Positions 54,526 through 64,000 of a DNA stretch of 64,000 bases are shown piece by piece; within the stretch, counting starts at the first letter, position 1, and the number at the start of each line of letters is the position of its first letter. Made by a program: the position numbers and the translations under genes. Source of the DNA: Octopus sinensis (Eukaryota); NCBI RefSeq assembly GCF_006345805.1, contig NC_042997.1, positions 58,776,001-58,840,000 on the forward strand, written 5' to 3'. The notes under the pieces are model-generated. The model searched no databases. It was given only the letters and a program-made list of their open reading frames with translations, and had not been told where the DNA came from.

Positions 54526-56345
54526 CCTCTCTCTCTCTCTCCCTCTCTCTCTCTCTCCCTCTCTCTCTCTCTCCCTCTCTCTGTTTCGAATTTCTGGATC
54601 ATGCTCAAAGTGGTTTCGTCTCTTGCACGCACCATCTTTGCTACATTCACCCACCTTTTATTGAAACTTTCACGAGACAAAACTTGCCTCTCTATTCTCA
54701 CCTTCCTTTTCAAGTGGTACTTGAAAAAGTTGATGAGCGATTAGCCAGAGAAGTAAGTGTTTGTCTCTAAACCTTTCACTCGAGTTCACCACACACATTC
54801 TTTCATCATGGTCACCAGTACGATGAAGACTGTCTTGCCTTCCCAGTTAAGGGAATTTGGCGGAGTAATTTTCGCGATAGACTCGGCCGACAGGCGGACT
54901 CGTCCCACACGTGACAGCAGCCATTCGGCATAAACCCACAGGTCTGAAATGGTTGGCCATTGCACGAGTGCGTGCAGAACGGTTTCGTCGCTCTGACCAC
55001 ATCTCAGGCAAGTCGGTCCGGTGTGTCTCGAACCGTGCCTGTAGTTCTTATCCCGAACGGGTAATGCTTCTCGATAGTACTGCCAGGCCAGGGATCTTTG
55101 GTGATTGCCCATAGGTCCCGGTCCAAAAGTTGTCCTGAACAGGCGGGTCAGGTGTTCCTAGTGTATGGGGTTTTGGTGTATGGGTTTTTTGGGGGATGGG
55201 GTATGAGCCTTCTTGGTTTTCTCTTCTTCCTTTGAAGTTGTACGTGGTGGTGATGATAATGTTGTTTCAGTTCTTGGTGGCGCTGGTGGTGGTGTTGTTT
55301 GGTTGGGCTGGTTACTGATGTTCCTTCGTTTGTTTGTAGAGCTGGTTAATTAGTTGTATATATGGCGGGGTGTGTAGCAGCGCTGGTTTTTTGCTCAGAT
55401 TTTGGTTTTCTTGTGGTTGTTGTTGTTGCTGTTGTTGCTGTTATTGTTGTTTCTGTGCTAGTTAGCAATTATTTTTTAAGTGTGCATTGCTACCACAAAC
55501 ATAGTAACGTGGCTTTCTGCTTTCGACGGCCATATGCAAACTCGAATCCTCTGTCAATTGTATGCGATGTGGAATGTTTTCGAAATTCATTGGATCAATT
55601 TGAGCAAGGATTTCGACTCCTTGGCCAATCCAGTTTTGCTGGTCCAGGACTGTGATTTCCAAGATATGGATTTCGTCCTCGATGTCATAGCAAATGGCAG
55701 ACACAAGCCATTTTATTTTTATTTCAGGGGGGGGGGCACATTATTGCTATTTTTGTGACCCTACGACCAATGTATGTAGGGATTATCGGTAAATTTTCAA
55801 ATTGAAAGGACTTTGTGGAGAGGTCCTTGATTCTTTCTTCACTGTCGAATCCTACTTCGATCGTGGCAAATCTGTTTTCCTTCGTGATGTAGTCTTTAAA
55901 GGCCCATATGGGCCTTAAACATTTTTCTACATTTTCTGGAGTGGCCCTTTCGTATAGCTTTGTTTTTAGGTTGGGTGTCTTGTAGATAATTGGTGAGGAG
56001 CGATTTTTTCCGTGATGCTTTGTGGTGTCTGTAGTTGTATGCTGAGGTCGTCTTTTTTAAACATTGTTTTACAGGCAAGCAGTTCTTCCTTCGAAAAGCA
56101 CATGATTTTTTTCTTTAGCTTTAAAGCTGCGGCAAAATTATTTTCAGTATTCGTGTTGGTTGTGGTAGTGGTGGTAGCAGTGGTGGAGGCAGTGTTTATG
56201 GTAGTAAATGTATTCACTTCTTTGTACGTATTTTCTAAAGATTGTGCGTGTTCAAACGGAACGGCTTTGGTTTCATCTTCCAATGCCTCTGACTTTGGTA
56301 GAGGCGGGAAGTCGGCTTCATGGTTTGGCTTAGCTATATTCGATT
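54224..56345 (-). mobile_element. L1/Tx1-clade element: ORF1 remnant joined directly to the ORF2 C-terminus (zf-RVT) and 3' UTR; endonuclease and RT absent
   Basis: ORF1-like FATIEVGFDSEERIK..PTYIGRRVTKI and RKPRYYVCGSNAHLKNNC (~55465-55520). Junction near 55147 into RLFRTTFGPGPMGNHQRSLAWQ..ALPVRDK..CLRCGQSDETVLHAL, then FNKRWVNVAKMV, and a 3' UTR ending AATAAAGAAAC then (TATC)n. Confidence 0.8.
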
Positions 56346-56481
56346 AGAAATATGGCATGGAAACCAAAGAAAATTTTTTTTAAGTTTTGAAAATATACTC
56401 CGAGACAGACAGACAGAATGCTTGAGTGATTATTTGCTTGCTTGCTTGCTTGCTTGATTGCTTGATTGCTTGCTTGCTTGC

Positions 56482-56514
<33 letters not shown>

Positions 56515-56619
56515 ACGTTTGTACATGCGTGTATATATGTATATATGTATTTATGCACAGTGGTGTTCCAGCCTGACCGCAAGAATAAAAGAATATGTGT
56601 GTATATATGTATGTATATT

Positions 56620-57190
56620 GGCCAACCTGTTGCCACCCACTTCAGCACCAGGGGCCATTTCATTACCCACTTATTAGTGTGTGACATCTCCACACACTAT
56701 GGACCCAGATACTCAAGGAAAGGGAAGGAACAGCATTTCGTATTCGGAACCATGTGACCGATAGATTTCAAACGAATGTTACTTTACCTCAGTTCCAACA
56801 CATCCTCTTAGCTTAGTAATTCTATTCTTCAGCTTCCATCTCGCATCAATATTTTCATCTCACCTCACCCCATCCGCTTCCATTTTTCTTTCCTTCTCCC
56901 CCTCTCACCAAGTTTCTCTTTCCCATTACTGCCTGTCTACATATGCCTTATTTTCCTTTCTTCATCTATTGTCTTCCTTTCCTCATCTATTACCGCTTCT
57001 CAAACACAGAGGATGTAAAAACCTGCTGTTTTTCTCTAATTTTCAACTTTACTCTGAAGGACTTTATCCGAAACGTTAAATATTCCACTCCCCGTGGCAA
57101 TTTTCCTGTGCTCTTTTTCTCGAATTTTGCGAATAAGAAAGTCATAGTAAATTACACTACTACCTGTATCTTTGGATTCTGTTTTATGTG
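56620..57190 (+). mobile_element. PLE 3' remnant (GIY-YIG C-terminus + pyrimidine-rich terminal region with a degenerate hammerhead)
   Basis: QPVATHFSTRGHFITHLLVC..HYGPR.SRKGKEQHFVFGT parallels the PLE at 59600-59720. ctgaa-gga-cttta-tcc-gaaa-cgtt at 57054-57077 looks like a hammerhead core with a small deletion. Confidence 0.6.
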
Positions 57191-57223
57191 ATATGTACGC
57201 ATGTATGTATGCATGTATATGTA

Positions 57224-57300
<77 letters not shown>

Positions 57301-57625
57301 TGTACGTATGTATAGAATTTGAAACCAGCTTACATAAATAAACAATGAGATGTTCATATACGTAAATGACCATGTCATGCCTTTGTTAGTAAAACTGCAG
57401 TTATTGACGGGTGCTACTTTTTATGTATATCCACTATGTTTCAGAAACCAGTGGTTTACAGAAACAATGGGAACACTCTACTATGAAGAGAATACGTGTG
57501 TGTATGTGTGTGTGTGTGTGGATGTAGATACAGATATATCTCTGTATATATAGAGTGATAGCGACATGAATAGATAGAAATAGATATATATATAGATGAT
57601 TTTATGTGTGTGTGCGTGTATATAT

Positions 57626-57675
<50 letters not shown>

Positions 57676-57679
57676 CATA

Positions 57680-58556
57680 CACGGTGCGAGGGGTAAATTT
57701 TCGCCATCTTACATTCTTAATTTTGCGCATGCGCAATGTTTGTTTTTGATTTTGTAGACTACTCAGCATAGTAGGGTCAGTTGGGCACCATCTGTGAGAA
57801 AACCAGCACCATGACACAATTCAATGTGGCTGAAATTTGGAAACGACATGTTGTACAGCTTGGCATTCGCGCCAGCAGCTCCACTACGAACATTTCAGAG
57901 TGTTTAGGTGTCAATCTGAGGACAGTGCAATCTGAGGACATGTACCGAGAGTGATGAAAATCAAACATCCAGTCAACATCATGATGTGATATTTGGAGTG
58001 ATCACTAGTGATGGTGACGTTATGCCTCCATTCATCTTCCTACACGACCTCAGACTCAACGCGAAGGCCTACATCAAGTGCCTGGAGAAGGTAGTGCTAC
58101 TCTGGGTCAAGAGGGTGGCTGCTGGAACACCCTATGTCTGGCAACAGGACTTTGCATCATGCCACACAAGCAAGATAACCCAGTTATGGCTGTCAGACAA
58201 TTTCTGCAACCACATCATCCCCGATATCTAGCCACCTAAATCTCCAGACTGCAATCCCTTTGATTATTATGTGTGGGGCGCAGTTGAGCGAGAGACCAAC
58301 AAAACTCCTTGTAACACCAAAGATCAACTGAAGGCAAGATTTTATGGCAGCATTCACCAGCTTAAACAAGGAGAGTTGCAGGAGATTCTGAAGTCGTCTG
58401 GAAGTCGTGGTTGAAGCCAATGGCGATTTTATTGAATAAATTTACTCTTTACTATTTCAAGATATTTTAATATAATTTTGGTAAATATATCTGTTAAAAG
58501 ATGTCAGTGTTATTTCCATTTTTGTGTAATTTAGACAGTTTATTCACTACACCCTG
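57680..58556 (+). mobile_element. maT-type (DD37D) Tc1/mariner element, internally deleted
   Basis: Imperfect termini cacggtg...taaatt and agtttattcactacaccctg. N-terminal HTH MTQFNVAEIWKRHVV..LGVNLRTVQ, then VWQQDFASCH...*PPKSPDCNPFDYYVWGAV with 37 residues between the last two Asp. Confidence 0.85.
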
Positions 58557-58658
58557 TGTGTGTGTGTGAATGTATGTATGTATGTATGTATGTATGTATG
58601 TATGTATGTATGTATGTATGTATGTATGAATGCATGTAGGTATGTATGTGTATGTATG

Positions 58659-58707
<49 letters not shown>

Positions 58708-58722
58708 ACTATGCGAACCCTT

Positions 58723-59990
58723 TATATTGATGACTGTATCGGTGTGATCTCACTCTCCCGCGAACAACTAGACTCCTTCCTCTCTTTTGTCTGATCCTTC
58801 CATCCTTCCCTCGAATTCCCCTGCACTATTTCCAACGCTTCCGTTGCATTTCTCGACATTTCTGTCAACATACACCACTCTGCTCTCACTGCCTCCATCC
58901 ACTACAAACTCACCGACTCACACTCCTACCTTAACTTTTACTCTTCCCACCCTGCCCACACAAAGCTCTCCATCCCATACACCCAATTCCTCCGTCTGTG
59001 CTGGCTCTGCAGTGACAACCATGACTTTGAGACTCAGTCTCAACTCATGGCTCGCCACTTCATCCTTCGTAGATATCCCCTCACCACCATCTACACACCA
59101 CTTGCCAAGGCATGTTCCGTGGATCGTGTCTCTGCTCCCTCTCCCGCACCCGCCCCGCCGTTGCGCTCTCCCATTTACCCCTCACTTACCACCACTCCAC
59201 ACTGCTCCGCCAGCGTACCATTCTCCGAGGCTTCCGCGCAACTCCAGTCCGTCCTCCCACCTCACACATCTTCCCCAACCTACTCTTTACCTCCTTCAAT
59301 CGAGCCCACAATCTGCGTGACCACTTGGTTCACAGTTTCTTCCTTAAACCTCACCTCCCAGCCTGTCTCGTTTCCCTGCTCCCGCCCATGCTGCCGCACT
59401 TACCCCTACCTCTCCAACACCACTAACCTCACAGGTACTCATCATCTTCCCTTTCATATCACCGACTCCTTTACCTGCACTTCTAGCAACGTCATTTACT
59501 GCATCTCCTGCTCTCTGCCCTTCTTTGTACATCGGTCAAACGGGGCGCCGCTTGGATGATCAGTTCGCAGAGCACCTCCAAGACATCAGACTCGGCAATG
59601 ACACTCCGGTCTCGCGCCATTTCCGCTCTACCGGTCATTCACTACAAGACCTTTCTGTGTTCGAATTGTCTTTACACAGGGGTCATCCTGACCCTCGCCT
59701 TCGCCGTGAACAAGGATTAATCTTCTCTCTTTGCGCCACATGGGCTCGACTCCCATCCTCTCTTCTCTTCATGTGATACCTAGTTAATCTCTTCACTCCT
59801 ACACACCTCTCCTCCCTTCATCTGACACCTGCTTCCTCTCTTCACTCCTACTCATCCTCTCTTCACTCCTACTCAACCTCTTTTCCCTGATACCACTTCC
59901 ACACACACACACAAACCCTACACTACCCCCACATTCCCACCCAATATCCCCCACACCACATCACACCCCACACTACCACATCACATCACA
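58723..59990 (+). mobile_element. 5'-truncated Penelope-like element (RT C-terminus + GIY-YIG), lightly decayed
   Basis: The frame from 58723 reads YIDDCIGV..FV*SFHPSLEF..FLDISV..SHSYLNFYSSHPAHTKLSIPYTQFLRL..FTCTSSNVIYCISCS. After a frameshift: YIGQTGRRL.D.FAEHLQDIRLGNDTPVSRHF..REQGLIFSL. Confidence 0.92.
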
Positions 59991-61078
59991 CCACTCCAAT
60001 ATATATATATATATACAGGGAAGGTGGCAAGCTGGCAGAAACGCCGGGCGAAATGCTTAGCCGTATTTCGTCTGCCGCTACGTTCTAAGTTCAAATTCCG
60101 CCGAGGTGGAGTTTGCTTTCATCTTTTCGGGGTCGATAAATTAAGTACCAGTTACGCACTGGGGTCGATGTAATCGACTTAATCCGTTTTCCGTCCTTGT
60201 TTGTCCCCTCTATGTTTAGCCCCTTGTGGGCAATAAAGAAATAAGAAACGTTAGCACTCCGGGCGAAATGCTTCGCGGTATTTCGTCTGCCTTTATGTTC
60301 TCAATTCAAATTCCGCTGAGATTCACATTGCCTTTCATCCTTTCGAGGTCGATAAATCAAGTACCAGTTGTGTACTAGCCCACCTCCTCAAAAATTTAGG
60401 GCCTTGTTCCTAGAGTAGAAAACTATATATACGACGGGCTTCTTTCAGTTTCTGTCCACCGAATCCACTTAGTTTCTTTGATCCGAGGCTATAGTAGAAG
60501 ATTCTTGTCCAATGTGCCACGAAGTGGAACTGAACCGGGAGTCATATGGTTGGGAAGCAACATCTTACCACACAACCACGCATACATATTTACGTGTGTA
60601 TGTATGTGTATATATGCGTGTATGTGTGTGTGTACAAATATATGCACCCACACATAAATCAATGTGTATATGTGTGTGTGTATGTATCATTACGCTATTG
60701 CACTAAATCGCATTTTCATTCAGTTTTGGTGCTAACGATTTTCGCTTAAGAAATATTTGCATTATAAATATCTATTTCTATAATTTATTTCTATAACAGG
60801 TTATTTATTTAAGTGGATTCTAAATTCCATTTTTAACGTACCTATTACATTTTTTTTTTAGTTTTTTACGAAGTAAATTAAATATATTCGAATTCTTGAT
60901 GCTTCAAATGTTTCTCTGTATCCCTGTTATTTATTTACATCACAGTGCAGCTACGAAATACATGATTATACTTTAAAGGCTTCTGACGTTTAGAAAGATG
61001 AAAAACGCGTAGAATATATAATATTCTTATTTTGACGACACTGGATTTATTTTCAAGTATATCTTCTTTCCGTTTTAG

Positions 61079-61114
<36 letters not shown>

Positions 61115-61712
61115 TACTTAAAGCAGATACACTGTTGAAAGCTTAAAAAGCGCGGTACTCATCTAAACAAGTCATCTCTTATAAACTTATAACGTTAAAA
61201 ACACGGAAAACTAGCAGCAGCAGCAGCAACAGAGTGGAGGCGCAATGGCCCAGTGGTTAGGGCAGCGGACTCGCGGTCGTAAGAACGCGGTTTCGATTCC
61301 CAGACCGGGCATTGTGCGTGTTTATTGAGCAAAAACACCTAAGCTTCACGAGGCTCCGGCGGGGAGGGGTGGTGAACCTTGCTGTACTCTTTCACCACAA
61401 CTTTCTCTCACTCTTTCTTCCTACTTCTGCCACAAAGCAGAGGAACCATGGTGTAATCCACTACAGTTTGGTAAACTTTCAGACCCTAGTCTAGATTACG
61501 AATCTTCTGTATCCTAGGATAGTTCAGTTCTCCACCTGTTAAAAGCCACCGTGTACGGAATGAGGATAACAACGTAGCTTTCGCGCCCGTGCAACCGCCA
61601 CTCTATTGCATGTGGTGGGTGGATTTTCAAGTTGCCACACGTATTCTTAGTAGCTTAGAGTGGGCTCGAATTAGAGATTATTCTTTGTGGCTAATGGCGT
61701 GAGTCCTGATTG

Positions 61713-61849
61713 GAAGAAGAAGAAGAAGAAGAAGAAGAAGAAGAAGAAGAAGAAGAAGAAGAAGAAGAAGAAGAAGAAGAAGAAGAAGAAGAAGAAGAAG
61801 AAGAAGAAGAAGAAGAAGAAGAAGAAGAAGAAGAAGAAGAAGAAGAAGA
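61713..61849. repeat. Pure (GAA)n tract, about 45 units
   Basis: Uninterrupted trinucleotide run. Confidence 0.97.
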
Positions 61850-63509
61850 TAAAAGACCTACAGCAGCGGAGGTAGTGGTGTTAACCACGTTTTTCTTTAA
61901 GCGTCCACAAGTACCCACAAGGAACTGCATGCTAAGAGTTAGCGTCTACTGATTTAGAAAAACGGTAATTGAGAAACTACTGATATTGCAATTAACCAAC
62001 TGGCTTACCAATATATCTTTGTATTTTTTTAATACTGTACGTCCATAAGAGATGTTTTCTCAAGACGAATGCCGCAGTTTTCAGGCTTTCAACAGTACAT
62101 CTGGTTTGATTATGATGCATAGATAGCGATTTTGAACTAACATTGTTTCCGTCACTAATAATGAATTTTTACTTGAATATCATTCTAATATTGTTTTAAA
62201 CCAGATTTCATATTTTTCCACTTTTATTGAATTCTCTACTATTCGCTTTCCGAAAACGAAATATTTTCTTTCCAGTTGAATTTAAACAATTAATCTGTAT
62301 GTATTGCGCACGTGTGTGTGTGTATGCATGCTTTTATATAGATGTATATTTATACACACATACACACACAAGCACATACATATATATATGCAGTTTTGCA
62401 TGCATCAGTTTATCATCATATGCGCGCACACACACACACAAACTGTATGAGTACTTATGTTTTCAGATGCATAAAGTGATATATATAACCCGCATATGTA
62501 AGTATGTATATCATTTATACAGATATGTATGTGTGTATGCCAGTGTGTGTATGGCTGTATGAGTATGCACATTAAGATGATTGATAATCAAATTGCAAGA
62601 AACAGAAATATCAGCACCGTCAAGTAGAGGGAAAATCCAAAATGCAAATTTATTCGCAAATCTTTAGATATAAATCTGTCTAACTAGCGGAAGTTGAATA
62701 TCAAAGAAAATTATTTCTATGTTATTTCATATAAAGAAAGTTAATACATCTGCCAGACGCAACGAATTCGCTCAAAATCTCTTCATAAATTATTTCGCAG
62801 TTAAGTTATAAACTGAGGTTACAATTAACAGATTTATTAATATTCGAGCTTTAACTTCTAAATCATTGATCAATTTAAGTAAAGATTTTTCTCATTAATC
62901 ATTAATGATATGCCACATAACACACACACGAACACACACACACACACACCACACACACACACACACACATACGTACATATTCTTTTATGCTTTCATATGT
63001 TTCAGTCATTTGATCACGGTCATGCTGGAGTACCACGTTAAGGAGTTTTAGTCGAAGAAAATGCCCCCAGGACTCATTCTTTGTAAGCCTAGTACTTATT
63101 CTATCGATTTCCGAACCGCTAAGTTACATCGGTTGTCAAGCGATGGGGGGTGGGCAAACACAGACACACAGACACACATGTATGTATATATATATACATG
63201 TGTGTCTGTGTGTCATTGTTTGCCCTCCCCCATCGCTTGACAACCGATGTAACTTAGCGGTATATATACATATAAGGCGGCGAGCTGGTAGAAACGTTAG
63301 CACGCCGGGCGAAATGCTTAGCGGTATTTCGTCTGTCGTTAACGTTCTGAGTTCAAATTCCGCCGAGGTCGACTTTGCCTTTCATCCTTTCGGGGTCGAT
63401 AAATTAAGTACCAGTTACGTACTGGGGTCGATGTAATCGACCTAATACCTATGTCTGTCCTTGTTTGTCCCCTCTGTCTTTAGCCCCTTGTGGGTAATAA
63501 AGAAATAGG

Positions 63510-63566
<57 letters not shown>

Positions 63567-63718
63567 CAGGGTTCTTTCAGTTACCGTCCACCAGATCCAC
63601 TCAAAAGGCTTTGGTCAGCCCGAGGCTATAGGAGAAGACACTTGCCCAAGGTGTCACGCAGTGGGATTGAACCCGGAAACGTGGTTGGGAAGCAAGTTTT
63701 TTACCACACAGCCACGCT

Positions 63719-63806
<88 letters not shown>

Positions 63807-63811
63807 ACATA

Positions 63812-63924
<113 letters not shown>

Positions 63925-63941
63925 TAAAGAGATAGATAGAT

Positions 63942-63989
<48 letters not shown>

Positions 63990-64000
63990 TAGATAGATAG

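Overview
Animal nuclear DNA made almost entirely of microsatellites, SINEs and decayed transposons. I found no host protein-coding exon, RNA gene or CRISPR array I can support. The SINE sequences and extreme (TA)n/(CA)n/(TATG)n/(GATA)n load look like an octopod cephalopod genome; this is recall-based inference, not a database result. Recognisable elements: a Chapaev3-like DNA transposon with both TIRs (658-2758), two Dong/R4-type LINE 3' ends next to (TAA)n arrays, L1/Tx1 remnants, two RTE 3' fragments, four Penelope-like (PLE) remnants, Tigger/pogo, mariner and maT (DD37D) fossils, and at least four SINE families. The most notable signal is a set of long foldback elements (arms about 125-330 bp, spacers mostly 54-73 bp), two of which carry type I hammerhead-ribozyme cores in both arms, plus stand-alone hammerhead cores. 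Together these suggest an inverted, retrozyme-like PLE-derived system. Also notable: one SINE 3' module shares its last 40 bp (34/40 identical) with the 3' end of the Tx1-like LINE in this window. All alignments and folds were done by eye and need computational confirmation.
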